Shown in pieces: positions 51,369-61,285 of a stretch of DNA of 64,000 bases. Made by a program: the position numbers and the translations under genes. Every line of letters begins with the position of its first letter. Within the stretch, counting starts at the first letter, position 1. The DNA is from an uncultured Verrucomicrobiae bacterium. GTDB lineage: Bacteria; Verrucomicrobiota; Verrucomicrobiia; Chthoniobacterales; Chthoniobacteraceae. The stretch is from contig CAWHEP010000009.1 in the NCBI GenBank assembly GCA_963828525.1, positions 32,001 through 96,000 of the forward strand, read 5' to 3'. The notes beneath the pieces are model-generated. The model did no database searches and was not told the origin of the DNA. It was given only the letters and a program-made list of their open reading frames with translations.

Positions 51369-51805
51369 CGAGCGGCCAACATCGCGGAGTCTTTGGCGAG
51401 GTGACCTTCCTCCTTGGGCTCGCCGCGGTATGCGCTGCGGCAGTGGCGCTATTTCATCCTGACAGGCCTCCTTGGAACCTGCCACCGCCCAGCGCGGACG
51501 AAATCTCAGTAGGGGGCGCGCTATCGCTGAAAGGGAAGCCGCTGTGGGTCGACGCGCGCTCTCAAGCCCTGTTTCAACAAGCCCATATAGCGGGGGCGCT
51601 TCTCCTCAACGAGGATCACTGGAATTCTCAACTGGGAGCAGTGATCGAACAATGGGAGCCAGGGCGGGTCGTGGTGGTTTACTGCGGCAGCCAAAGCTGC
51701 GACGCGAGCCACGCGGTGGCGGCGCGGCTTCGCCGATCCATCGGCATCGAACCCGTGTATGTGCTGCAAGGAGGCTGGGAAGCATGGCAAAACGCCAAGA
51801 AATAA
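51365..51805 (+). CDS. membrane-anchored rhodanese-like protein
   Basis: VDAR, HIAGA, VVYCGSQSC, LQGGWEAW. Confidence 0.88.
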   Translation: MTSGQHRGVFGEVTFLLGLAAVCAAAVALFHPDRPPWNLPPPSADEISVGGALSLKGKPLWVDARSQALFQQAHIAGALLLNEDHWNSQLGAVIEQWEPGRVVVVYCGSQSCDASHAVAARLRRSIGIEPVYVLQGGWEAWQNAKK

Positions 51806-52212
51806 AGTCACGCGTTCGCCTCGCGCTCGCGCTTTTGATTGGAGCCGTTTTCGCTTATGCGGGCGTCATGAAAGCGCGGGACCCCGCCCGATTCGCCATG
51901 GATATCGCTAACTTCGACCTTCTTACGTGGAGAGGCGCGGTATTGCTGGCCCTCTACCTTCCACCGCTGGAAATCCTGTGCGGCATGGCCCTTCTCTCTG
52001 GCAAATTGCGCCGAGGCGCTCTCGCAATTGCCTTCGTGCTGACGCTGAGTTTCCTGACAGCCCTCATCTCGGCCAAAGCGCGCGACCTCAACATCGCCTG
52101 CGGCTGTTTTGGAAGTGCCAGGCAGTCGGACCTCTCGTATGAAATCGCTGGAGATGCCGTCCTGCTGCTCTGCGTCTCTTCCTGCATCGCGCTTGAGAGG
52201 AAGGCGCGATGA
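51784..52212 (+). CDS. MauE/DoxX family membrane protein
   Basis: FAYAGVMK, LPPLEILCG, IACGCFG; ATG at 51784. Confidence 0.85.
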   Translation: MAKRQEIKSRVRLALALLIGAVFAYAGVMKARDPARFAMDIANFDLLTWRGAVLLALYLPPLEILCGMALLSGKLRRGALAIAFVLTLSFLTALISAKARDLNIACGCFGSARQSDLSYEIAGDAVLLLCVSSCIALERKAR

Positions 52213-52227
52213 ATCGAGACCTGCCTT

Positions 52228-53616
52228 TTAAATTTCGATCGCGTAGCGCTTCATCTTTCCGTAAAGCGTGGGCCTGTGAATACCCAGTATTTGCGCCGCT
52301 TTCTTCTTGTTTCCATGGCATTGCGCCAAGGCGCGCAGGATCGCATCGCGCTCCCTGTCTTCCAGATTCAGGGGATCGGCGAGTGATGCCTTGCCAGTCA
52401 ATTCCTGTAACGCCACTGGCATCTGCACTTCCCGGGGCATCTGTTTCTCGGTAATCACGTTCTCCTCCGCGAGCACGATCCCGTACTGGATCGCGTTTTG
52501 AAGCTCGCGCACGTTGCCCGGCCACGAATAGGCGCGCAGGAGTTCAAGCGCCCCCTGCGTGATCCTCGGTTCCGGGCGGTTCATCTGGGCCGCGAACTGC
52601 CTTGCGAAAAGAGTCACGAGGCTTGCGATGTCATCCTTACGATCCCGGAGGGGCGGGATTTCAATCTGGAACGTGTTGATCCGGTAATAAAGGTCTCGCC
52701 GGAGCGCTCCTTTGCTCAAAGCTTCGCCTATCGGCAGATTCGTGGCAGCGACGAGACGAAAATCAACCTTGGTTGACTTTGTGCTGCCAAGCGGTCGAAA
52801 CTCCCGCTCCTGCAACACCCGTAAGAACCGCGTCTGAAGCTCGGGGGGCATCTCTCCGATCTCGTCGAGAAAAAGCGTACCTCCCGACGCCTCGTGAATC
52901 ATGCCGGGAAAATCGTTCAGCGCCCCGGTGAAGGCTCCCTTCACATATCCGAAGAGTTCCGCCTCAATCATGTTCTCCGGAAAAGCGGCGCAGTTGAGTT
53001 TTATCATCGGCCCTCCGGCGCGCAGGCTCTGCTTATGGATCTCGAGCGCGGCCACTTCCTTCCCAACGCCGCTCTCCCCCGTCAGAAGGATATTAGCTTC
53101 CGATGGGGCCACGCGCGCGATCAGATCCTGAATCTCCCGCATGGGGCGGCTTTTCAACACAGGCTGAGCGCGGCTTTCAGCCTGCTCCAGCTTCTTCGAC
53201 AGCGCCTCCGTCTGCGCCCTCAACGCCTTTGTTTCGCGCAATAGCGCGCTTTGCTCGGTCGCGCGCGCGATCAGCGAGAGCAGTTCCTCGACAGCGTACG
53301 GCTTGCTGATGAAATGGAATGCCCCAAGTTTTATGGAGTCTATGGCGTTCTTCAGGGAATCCTGGGCGGTGAGGATGATGACCATCGCCAGCGCAAAACG
53401 CTCCTTAATGATCGCGAGCGTTTCGAGTCCATCCTGATCCGGAAGCCCGAGATCGAGCAGAATGAGGTCGGGTTTCTCGCGTTCGATTGCAGCCAAACCA
53501 GAGCTCGCCGTATTTGCCACATGGATTTCATATCCATGTCTCTCCAGCAGCGCCTGGAGTGTCATTAAAACCGTCCGCTCGTCGTCAACGACTACGATTT
53601 TCTTTCGAGGGTTCAT
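52228..53616 (-). CDS. sigma-54-dependent response regulator (NtrC/AtoC family; REC-AAA-Fis HTH)
   Basis: VVDD, GESGVGKE, GAFTGA, FLDEIGE, WPGNVREL, HTH. Confidence 0.95.
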   Translation of the reverse strand: MNPRKKIVVVDDERTVLMTLQALLERHGYEIHVANTASSGLAAIEREKPDLILLDLGLPDQDGLETLAIIKERFALAMVIILTAQDSLKNAIDSIKLGAFHFISKPYAVEELLSLIARATEQSALLRETKALRAQTEALSKKLEQAESRAQPVLKSRPMREIQDLIARVAPSEANILLTGESGVGKEVAALEIHKQSLRAGGPMIKLNCAAFPENMIEAELFGYVKGAFTGALNDFPGMIHEASGGTLFLDEIGEMPPELQTRFLRVLQEREFRPLGSTKSTKVDFRLVAATNLPIGEALSKGALRRDLYYRINTFQIEIPPLRDRKDDIASLVTLFARQFAAQMNRPEPRITQGALELLRAYSWPGNVRELQNAIQYGIVLAEENVITEKQMPREVQMPVALQELTGKASLADPLNLEDRERDAILRALAQCHGNKKKAAQILGIHRPTLYGKMKRYAIEI

Positions 53617-53641
53617 TCCAGCGCGAGCCCGACTTTCGTCA

Positions 53642-54334
53642 CTACATCAAAACACTTGCGCGCGCCGCCGCCGACCCGTCTCCGCTCTCGCGAAGCGCCC
53701 GGATCGCCTGCCCCGCGTCCTGTGCCTTGCACACGAAAGTACCCGCGACGAAAACGGTGGCGCCGCTTCTCCTGCTCGCCACCGCCGTTTCGTCCGTGAT
53801 GCCACCGTCCACTTCGATGGGGAATATACCCCCGTTTCGACGCTTCCATTCAGCGGCGGCGGCAACTTTCTCCAGCGTTTCAGGCATGAACTTCTGTCCT
53901 CCAAAACCAGGGCGGACGGTCATAACGAGCAGCAGATCGATCTCTCCTAAAAAAGGCAGCACCCGGTCAAAAGACGTGTCGGGGCTTATCGCAAGTCCAG
54001 CCAGCACTCCGCCTTTACGGATCCGGGCGAGCGTCGCGGATGGGTCGGGAGCCGCCTCTACGTGGATGGAGATGCAGTGGGCCATGCTCATGAAACGCTC
54101 CAGATAGTGGTCTGGGTGCGCTATCATCAGATGAACATCGATGGGCAACGTCGTATGCGCTTTCACGGCAGCGACCACCGCCGGCCCGAACGAGATGTTA
54201 TCCACAAAGTTCCCATCCATAATGTCCAGGTGCAGCCAGTCGGCGCCAGCACCCTCCAGCCGGGCGGCTTCCCTCCCGAGGTCGCTGAAATCACACGCGA
54301 GAATCGACGGCGCGATGATGAGAGAAGTTTCCAC
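53642..54334 (-). CDS. rpe: ribulose-phosphate 3-epimerase
   Basis: APSILACD, HLDIMDG, DVHLM, MTVRPGFGGQ, EVDGG. Confidence 0.95.
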   Translation of the reverse strand: METSLIIAPSILACDFSDLGREAARLEGAGADWLHLDIMDGNFVDNISFGPAVVAAVKAHTTLPIDVHLMIAHPDHYLERFMSMAHCISIHVEAAPDPSATLARIRKGGVLAGLAISPDTSFDRVLPFLGEIDLLLVMTVRPGFGGQKFMPETLEKVAAAAEWKRRNGGIFPIEVDGGITDETAVASRRSGATVFVAGTFVCKAQDAGQAIRALRESGDGSAAARASVLM

Positions 54335-54353
54335 TGTGCCTCCGCAATCTGCC

Positions 54354-56120
54354 TCAGGTGAGCAGATCCGGGTAGAACTGTTTCGCGACTTCCTCGCACT
54401 TCGCGAGAATCAGGTCGGAATTATCATAACCGAGGATTTCCTCCACCAATCGAAGACAGACCGCCATGTCGAGGCTCTGCACGGCTCGTTTCACACGAGG
54501 CACCAGCGACGCGCTCGTGCTAAACTCGTCCACACCCAGCCCTAGCAGCAACGGTGTCAGCAGTACTTCGCCCGCGATCTCGCCGCAAACACCCACCCAG
54601 CGGTTGTGAGCATGCCCCGCCTCCACAGTTCCTTTGATTAAGCGGATAATCGCCGGATGCGTTGGCTCATACAGATGGGCGATCCGTTCATTCACCCGAT
54701 CAATCGCAATGGTGTATTGAATAAGATCGTTGGTGCCGAGACTGAAGAAATCCACTTCTTTGGCGATCAGGTCAGCCGAGATTGCGGCGCTTGGCACCTC
54801 GATCATCGCTCCCACCTCCATATTTTCGTTGAAAGCGATTCCCTCATGCCGCAGTTCCTGCCTGCATTCCTCCAGCACCTTATTGGCCCTCCGAAGTTCT
54901 TCGACGCCGGAAATCATCGGATACATCAGGCGCACGTTTCCCAACGCGCTCGCCCGCAGGATCGCTCGCAGTTGGAGTTTGAAGATGTCCACTCTCTCCA
55001 GGCAAAACCGAATCGCTCTCCACCCAAGGAAGGGGTTCAACTCCTCAGGCGCGTCCATCGTTCCGCTGAACTTGTCCCCACCAAGGTCCAGGGTGCGAAT
55101 GATGACTGACTCGGGGTGTATCTGCTCCGCCACCGTGACATAGTTCCGATATTGTTCCTCTTCGCCAGGGAACTCCACCCGGTTGAGATAGCAAAACTCC
55201 GTCCGATACAATCCCACACCTTCGGCCCCGCTTTTCTTCACCGCCTCCACATCTGTGGGGTGCTCAATGTTTGCGGAAAGAATGATGTGCCTTCCATCCA
55301 GCGTGTTGCATGGAGTGGTTCGCAAATCGTTGAGGCGCTCCTCTACCGCGCCCTTTTTGACCTCCAACTCGCCATATTCCCAGAGTGTCTGGTCGCTGGG
55401 GTTTACGATCAGGAACCCGTTGTAGCCGTCCAGCAGCACCTGATCACCCGTCTTCAGCGTTTCGCTCGCGTCGTGCAAACCCACCACCGCCGGGATCGTC
55501 AGAGATCTCGCCATGATTGCCGTGTGCGATGTCTTGCTCCCAACGTCCGTCGCGAAGCCGAGCACAAGCGCGCGATTCAACTGCGCGGTGTCCGAAGGCG
55601 TAAGGTTGTGCGCCACGAGTATGTGCTCATGCTCGATGCTCGCGAGTGTCTTGATGGACTTGCCCATCAGGTTATGCACGACCCGGCGCGCTACATCATG
55701 AATGTCCAGCGCCCTCTCCCTGAGATAAGGATCGTCGATCTCGCTCAACGTTTTTGAATACCTATCCGCCACCTGCTGGAAGATGAACTCAACGTTGCGC
55801 TTGTCTCGCGACAGCGTCCGCAGCACCTCATCAATGAGCGTGCGGTCTTCCACCACCAGCAGATGCGCGTCAAAGATGCCCGCGTCCCGCGCCCCGATCG
55901 CCTCCGCGATTTTCTGCTGCATCTCCAGAATCTGTCCGCGTGTGGCAATCAGCGCAGTTTCAAACCTGGCAATCTCAAAGGGAATCTCCGCCTCTTCGAT
56001 GCTCCGCGCGGGAGCCGCCTCCTCCTCGGTCCGGAAGACGACCACAGTGCCCCTCGCGATGCCGGGAGACACACCGACGCCGTGGTAGCGCTTTTCGCTC
56101 CGGTCCGGCTCTTCGCTCAT
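54354..56120 (-). CDS. ptsI: PTS enzyme I (PEP--protein phosphotransferase)
   Basis: TSHTAIMARS, GLYRTE, NPFLGWR, GTNDL, GVCGE. Confidence 0.96.
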   Translation of the reverse strand: MSEEPDRSEKRYHGVGVSPGIARGTVVVFRTEEEAAPARSIEEAEIPFEIARFETALIATRGQILEMQQKIAEAIGARDAGIFDAHLLVVEDRTLIDEVLRTLSRDKRNVEFIFQQVADRYSKTLSEIDDPYLRERALDIHDVARRVVHNLMGKSIKTLASIEHEHILVAHNLTPSDTAQLNRALVLGFATDVGSKTSHTAIMARSLTIPAVVGLHDASETLKTGDQVLLDGYNGFLIVNPSDQTLWEYGELEVKKGAVEERLNDLRTTPCNTLDGRHIILSANIEHPTDVEAVKKSGAEGVGLYRTEFCYLNRVEFPGEEEQYRNYVTVAEQIHPESVIIRTLDLGGDKFSGTMDAPEELNPFLGWRAIRFCLERVDIFKLQLRAILRASALGNVRLMYPMISGVEELRRANKVLEECRQELRHEGIAFNENMEVGAMIEVPSAAISADLIAKEVDFFSLGTNDLIQYTIAIDRVNERIAHLYEPTHPAIIRLIKGTVEAGHAHNRWVGVCGEIAGEVLLTPLLLGLGVDEFSTSASLVPRVKRAVQSLDMAVCLRLVEEILGYDNSDLILAKCEEVAKQFYPDLLT

Positions 56121-56147
56121 GGCTCCGAGCGTATGGGGAAGCGAAGA

Positions 56148-56456
56148 TTAATCTTCATCGAAGCGCTTCTGAATCAACACTTCGATCTCTTGCAGAGCTT
56201 TTTCGGCGTCGCGCCCTTCGCACGTAACCTGCAGTTTTGAACCATTTCCAGCCGCGAGCATCATCAGTCCCATGATGCTCTTCCCGTTCACTTGCTCCCC
56301 ATCCTTCTCGACCCAGATGTCGGCGTCGAAGCGGCTGCAGACTTTCACGAACATTGCGGATGGCCGGGCATGCAAACCCAGCCGGTTGAGGATGGTCAAC
56401 TCCTTGCTAACTTTTGCCCCTGCCTCCTCTGGTGGCTTGCGGCTCAAAAGTCCCAT
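56148..56456 (-). CDS. ptsH: HPr phosphocarrier
   Basis: GLHARPS (His15) and GKSIMGL (Ser46). Confidence 0.95.
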   Translation of the reverse strand: MGLLSRKPPEEAGAKVSKELTILNRLGLHARPSAMFVKVCSRFDADIWVEKDGEQVNGKSIMGLMMLAAGNGSKLQVTCEGRDAEKALQEIEVLIQKRFDED

Positions 56457-57415
56457 CAATGTTCCTTCTCCTTCGTGTTCATCTTATCTAAAAGTCGTTC
56501 ATTAAAGAGCATCGCGCTGTTGTGACCCATGCCTTTCAGCTTCTGGTCCAGCGCCGCAACCTCCACCAACCGGGCAAGGTCGCGGCCCACACGCACGGGA
56601 ATGGTTACATGAGGCACCAATATGCCCAAAATATCGTAAAATTCCTGCTCGAGCCCGATCCTATCAACTTCTTCCAGTTCTTGCCAATCTTTTAGTGTAA
56701 CAATCAGGTCCAGTCGTTTTTCAACTCGAATGCTCCCGATGCCGAAAATGGAGGTCACATTGATGATCCCGAGGCCCCGCACCTCCATGTGAAACCGCGT
56801 CAGATCTGGGCGCGTCCCAATGAGTTCCCGTCCCTCCAGCGCGCGCAGGCGCGTGACGTCGTCGCTCACAAGGCTGTGCCCCCGCTCGATCAGACCCAAA
56901 ACACACTCGCTTTTCCCTATGCCGCTCGATCCTCTCACCATCGTCCCGATCCCGAGGATGTCCACCATGCTGCCATATTCCGAACATACTGGCGCGAAAT
57001 CCATCTCCAGGGCGATCGTGGCCGCGTTGATGAAGTTCATCGTGACCATCGGACTTTGAAATACCGACACCTTCGCCTGATCCGCCTCCTCCAGCAGGAT
57101 TGGCGACGGGCGCGCGTTCCTGGAGATCACCACGCAGGGTATTTTTCGGGCGAAAAGGGTTCGGCAACGCTCCCGCACCTGATCTTCGGTGAGGCTGTTC
57201 AGATACGACCGCTCGGCGCTTCCGAGAACTTGTATCCGCTTTTCCGCGAAATATTCGTAGAAGCCAGAGAGCGCCAACCCCGGGCGGTTAATCGTCGGTT
57301 CTTTGATTCGCCTCCCAAAGCCCTTGTCTGACCCAAGAAGGCTCATCTGCAAGCCCTCCGAATGCCGGGCGTAAAACTCGCCAACCGTTATGCTGGGAGC
57401 GCGCGCTGGCTTCAA
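56456..57415 (-). CDS. hprK: HPr kinase/phosphorylase
   Basis: NRPGLALSG, GSSGIGKSE, LVSDD, EVRGLGII. Confidence 0.95.
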   Translation of the reverse strand: MKPARAPSITVGEFYARHSEGLQMSLLGSDKGFGRRIKEPTINRPGLALSGFYEYFAEKRIQVLGSAERSYLNSLTEDQVRERCRTLFARKIPCVVISRNARPSPILLEEADQAKVSVFQSPMVTMNFINAATIALEMDFAPVCSEYGSMVDILGIGTMVRGSSGIGKSECVLGLIERGHSLVSDDVTRLRALEGRELIGTRPDLTRFHMEVRGLGIINVTSIFGIGSIRVEKRLDLIVTLKDWQELEEVDRIGLEQEFYDILGILVPHVTIPVRVGRDLARLVEVAALDQKLKGMGHNSAMLFNERLLDKMNTKEKEH

Positions 57416-57990
57416 GAGAAGACCGGCTCGATCAAGCCGAAGTCGCCATGCTTCCGGCGGTAGAGGACATTCACTTTTTCGCTCTTTGCGTTCAGGAAAA
57501 CTACAAACTGCCTGCTCGACATTTCAAGTTGCAGCACCGCCTCATCCAGGAACATCGGCTTCACGGGATATTTCTCCGTCTGGATCACCTCGGGTTCACT
57601 CTCCTCCGCCATGTCGTCCAGGCCTTCAGCGGTCACCACCTGCTCGTCTATATGCTGGACCACCCCGCGCCGCGGCCGATGCTGGCGCATGATCTTCGTC
57701 TTGTACTTGCGCATCTGTTGCGCGATCTTATTGACCGCTTCATCGATCGAAGCATAGAGATCCGCCGTTTCCGCGCTGGCCTCGATTGTGATGTGATTGC
57801 AGCAATGCAACACCACTTCCGCCATGTGCCGATATTTCTGCACATCGAGGATGACTTGAGCTTCGATAATTTTCGGATAATCCAGATGCACGCCTTCGAT
57901 CTTCTTGAACGCGTAGTCTTTGATCGCGTCTGTTACCGTCACGTGACGGCCAGTGACTTTGATCGGCAGGTTTATGTTCGCTACTTGCAT
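57412..57990 (-). CDS. hpf: long ribosome hibernation promoting factor
   Basis: VTGRHVTVTDAI, DLYASID, KPMFLDEAVLQ, NVLYRR; ATG at 57990. Confidence 0.92.
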   Translation of the reverse strand: MQVANINLPIKVTGRHVTVTDAIKDYAFKKIEGVHLDYPKIIEAQVILDVQKYRHMAEVVLHCCNHITIEASAETADLYASIDEAVNKIAQQMRKYKTKIMRQHRPRRGVVQHIDEQVVTAEGLDDMAEESEPEVIQTEKYPVKPMFLDEAVLQLEMSSRQFVVFLNAKSEKVNVLYRRKHGDFGLIEPVFS

Positions 57991-58033
57991 GTTTTGGGGG
58001 TCCTTCTGTTTGGGGTTAAAAATTCGCCCATGC

Positions 58034-58795
58034 TCACATCTTGAAACGTTCGCCCAGGTAGAGCTGGCGACTGATGGGATCATTGATCAGGAAATCCTTG
58101 GATCCCTCGCTCTCCACTCTTCCCTCGAAGATCAGATACGCGCGATCCACGATAGACAAAGTCTCGCGCACATTGTGGTCGGTTATCAGTATGCCCAAGC
58201 CGGAATCCCGAAGATTTGAGATAATCTGCTGCACATCATATACCGCGATGGGATCCACTCCGCTAAATGGCTCGTCGAGCATGAGCAGACTGGGTTGCGT
58301 GACGAGAGACCGCGCGATCGTCAGCCGCCGCTTCTCTCCTCCGCTGAGAGTCAGTGCTATGTTCCGGGAAAGATGCTCGATTCCGAACTGCGTAAGCAGC
58401 TCCTCACAGCGATGTTTGCGATCATGGCGATTCATCGGCCGGGTCTCAAGGATGGCCATGATGTTCTCGCGAACGGTCATTTTCCGAAATATTGATTCCT
58501 CCTGCGGCAAATATCCCATCCCCATCCGGGCGCGGCGATACATCGGAAGATCCGTCACATCCTGATCCTGGAAAAACACGCTTCCTCCATTTGGGCGCAC
58601 CAAGCCCGCGATCATATAAAAACTCGTCGTCTTCCCCGCGCCATTTGGCCCAAGAAGACCCACGATCTCCCCGCGCTTGAGGTTTATGTCCACCCCATTC
58701 ACCACGGCGCGCCCCCCGTAAACCTTTACCAGCTTGTCCGTGCGCAGGATGGGCGCGCCATTCAGAGCCGGAGGCAACGCGGTGGCGGAGATCAT
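58034..58795 (-). CDS. lptB: LPS export ABC transporter ATPase
   Basis: GPNGAGKTT, GYLPQEESIF, LSGGE, LDEPFSGVDP, TDHNVRET. Confidence 0.95.
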   Translation of the reverse strand: MISATALPPALNGAPILRTDKLVKVYGGRAVVNGVDINLKRGEIVGLLGPNGAGKTTSFYMIAGLVRPNGGSVFFQDQDVTDLPMYRRARMGMGYLPQEESIFRKMTVRENIMAILETRPMNRHDRKHRCEELLTQFGIEHLSRNIALTLSGGEKRRLTIARSLVTQPSLLMLDEPFSGVDPIAVYDVQQIISNLRDSGLGILITDHNVRETLSIVDRAYLIFEGRVESEGSKDFLINDPISRQLYLGERFKM

Positions 58796-59532
58796 CGGCT
58801 GGCCGCGGCGGCAGGGGCGGGAGCGGGCGCCGGCGAGGGTTCAGGCGCTTGCGTGAAAGTGGTAGTGCTTGGCCCGCGCGTGCGGATCGTTCCCGCGCGA
58901 TTGATAACCATCACGGTATGCTCCGAAAGAGACACATGCGTGTTCGTATCCTGCTCAATCTGAGGCCAGCCAGTCAAAGTCACGTCTCCAGTCGTGGTAT
59001 CATATATCGCCTTTGCCCCTTTGCCGATGTAATGCTGCACCTTGCCGGTCTTGGGGTCCAACTTGTCCTGGATGATGACCACGCTGCCTTCAGCGATCGC
59101 CCTCTCCAGATTGCTGCTCCCGGTCGCATCCGCCGCCCCGCTGCCTTGCGAAGGTGCCGGTGAAGATGCTTTCTTGACCCCTGGAGTCACTCCCGGCTTG
59201 GCCGCAGCCGTATCTGAACTCGAACCTTGTTTCTTTAATACGGCGGTGAGAGTGTCGCAGGAAAGCGTGTAGTCAGGATCCTTTACCGCGACATTTCCCA
59301 CAAAGACGGCGGTTCGATTTTGCTGACTGAATGTCACCTCCTGTGAAGCCGTGATCTGCGTGACTTTTGCTGGAGGAGGAGTCGCGGAAGCAACTTCCGC
59401 CCCGCCGAGTGTCATCTTCACAGATTCCGCGCCGAACAACCCCGCGCTACAGGCGGAACAAGCCAGCAACAGCCCGACTTGCCGCCATGCCGCCCCGCCC
59501 CTCCGCGCGTCGTTCGTGAAACGCCCGCTCAC
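58792..59532 (-). CDS. lptA: LptA/OstA-like LPS transport protein
   Basis: Signal-like N-terminus, AVFVGNV, LTGWP; upstream of lptB. Confidence 0.75.
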   Translation of the reverse strand: MSGRFTNDARRGGAAWRQVGLLLACSACSAGLFGAESVKMTLGGAEVASATPPPAKVTQITASQEVTFSQQNRTAVFVGNVAVKDPDYTLSCDTLTAVLKKQGSSSDTAAAKPGVTPGVKKASSPAPSQGSGAADATGSSNLERAIAEGSVVIIQDKLDPKTGKVQHYIGKGAKAIYDTTTGDVTLTGWPQIEQDTNTHVSLSEHTVMVINRAGTIRTRGPSTTTFTQAPEPSPAPAPAPAAAASR

Positions 59533-60005
59533 GAGCCCCCCTTCGCGCCCGCCATTTTGTCCCCATCGAATATCAACATACGAACTTTTCCGGTCAGCTT
59601 GCCCTCGCCACTCACGGTGTCATACACCGCGCCTTGCCCGCTTAGCTGAAAATCCGAGCGTGAAATTGTCACCGGCCTGTCACTCGTCACTACTCGCGTA
59701 TTCAGGTCCAGCAGCGCGCTCAGCAGATTGATCTTTAACTCGGGTTCCTTCCGGCTGTTGTACGTCTGGATTTGGGCGTTAGCCATTTGCAAATGATCAT
59801 TGTCCACCCGCTTCGCCGAATCGATCATGAAATACATCTGCAGACTTCCCCCTTCAAATACTGGAAATCGCAGCCCATTGGCATCCTGTCCCACTTCGAT
59901 GCCTGGATCGTACTTCGGAGCATTTTTTTTCGGTGGAGCAGCGAAGCATTCCACTGCGGACAGGAATGCGAGAACCCCGGACAGGCAGCTAACGAACGAT
60001 TTCAT
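59529..60005 (-). CDS. lptC: LptC-like LPS export protein
   Basis: Beta-jellyroll-like sequence (SDRPVTI, LTGKVRM) between kdsA and lptA. Confidence 0.65.
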   Translation of the reverse strand: MKSFVSCLSGVLAFLSAVECFAAPPKKNAPKYDPGIEVGQDANGLRFPVFEGGSLQMYFMIDSAKRVDNDHLQMANAQIQTYNSRKEPELKINLLSALLDLNTRVVTSDRPVTISRSDFQLSGQGAVYDTVSGEGKLTGKVRMLIFDGDKMAGAKGGS

Positions 60006-60816
60006 TCAGGCTCTTCAACGTTTTTAAGATGCTCGGCAACCTGGACAACGGCACCTGATTTGGACCGTCGGAGAGAGCAAGCTCAGGCTTCTCATGCGTC
60101 TCAATGAACACCCCATCGCACCCCGCCGCAACTGCCGCTCTCGCAAGGACTGGCGCGATAACACCGTCTCCGCCGCTTTTATCGCCGCCACCCCCTGGAC
60201 GCTGAACCGAATGCGTCGCGTCGAACATTGTCAGGAGGCCTTCCTCGCGCATCCAATATAATGAGCGCATGTCAGCCACGAGATTATTGTAGCCAAAAGT
60301 CGTTCCACGCTCAGTGAAGAAGAACTTGTTGTTCCCTCGCTCGCGCAGTTTCTCGGCGATATTCCTCACATCCCAAGGAGCAAGAAACTGGCCCTTTTTG
60401 ACATTCACAACCCGACCTGTTTCAGCCGCCGCCTGGATAAGGTCGGTTTGCCGGCACAGAAAAGCAGGTATCTGCAGAACGTCGATGAATTCACCAGCGA
60501 TCTCCGCCTCCGCGACCGAATGCACGTCCGTGGTTACCGGCACATCAAGCTCCCTGCCGATCTCCCCCAATATCCTGCAGCCTTCGATAGCGCCTAATCC
60601 CCGGAACGAATGAATCGAGGTGCGGTTCGCCTTGTCATAGGAGGCCTTGAAGATGAACTGCGCTCCAGCGGCCTGGGTGATTTTCTTCAGCTTCCTCGCC
60701 AGTCGCCATACGAATTTCTCGGATTCGATGACGCACGGCCCCAGCGTGAACACCAGTTCGCCGCCTCCCATCTCCACCCCGCCAATATTCAGCGGCTTCC
60801 GCTTTGTCTTCTTCAA
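59989..60816 (-). CDS. kdsA: KDO 8-phosphate synthase
   Basis: GPCVIES, KASYDKANRTS, QIPAFLCRQT, DATHSVQ, SDG. Confidence 0.96.
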   Translation of the reverse strand: MKKTKRKPLNIGGVEMGGGELVFTLGPCVIESEKFVWRLARKLKKITQAAGAQFIFKASYDKANRTSIHSFRGLGAIEGCRILGEIGRELDVPVTTDVHSVAEAEIAGEFIDVLQIPAFLCRQTDLIQAAAETGRVVNVKKGQFLAPWDVRNIAEKLRERGNNKFFFTERGTTFGYNNLVADMRSLYWMREEGLLTMFDATHSVQRPGGGGDKSGGDGVIAPVLARAAVAAGCDGVFIETHEKPELALSDGPNQVPLSRLPSILKTLKSLNEIVR

Positions 60817-60846
60817 GCCTGCTCTCGTTTGCCTCGTTCCATCCGG

Positions 60847-61281
60847 TCAGTTCCCATAGCTCTTGGAGAACTTTTTCCGGCCTTCATCCGCGGCTGGCGC
60901 GGCGCCAGTCTCAATCGCGGGTGCTGGCGCGGCTTCCGAGCCTCCCGCGCTATCCACCGGCGGCGCGGACTCGGGCGCGCCCGGCTGGTCCCCCGCCTTC
61001 AACTTTTGCGACACTTCGTAGAACGTAATCTGAAGATTGCTGATCGCGTTATTCAGCACCCCCATCTCGTCGTTTGAAAGATTTCCTTTCGTCTTCCCGC
61101 GGATCATTACCAGTTGGTCGATGAACAATTTGGATAGCTCAAGGTTTACTTCCGGCTGCTCTCCCCGGGGGTTAGGAATTTGGCCCAGAAACAGCGCGGC
61201 ATTCTGAGCCTGCATCATAACAAACTCTATAAAGCGCTGCGCCATCTCGCCGGAATTTGTGGAGCTTTGAACTTCTGCCAT
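60847..61281 (-). CDS. DUF1844-like protein
   Basis: FLGQIPNP..NLELSKLFID..KTKGNLS..E; ATG at 61281. Confidence 0.78.
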   Translation of the reverse strand: MAEVQSSTNSGEMAQRFIEFVMMQAQNAALFLGQIPNPRGEQPEVNLELSKLFIDQLVMIRGKTKGNLSNDEMGVLNNAISNLQITFYEVSQKLKAGDQPGAPESAPPVDSAGGSEAAPAPAIETGAAPAADEGRKKFSKSYGN

Positions 61282-61285
61282 GATC

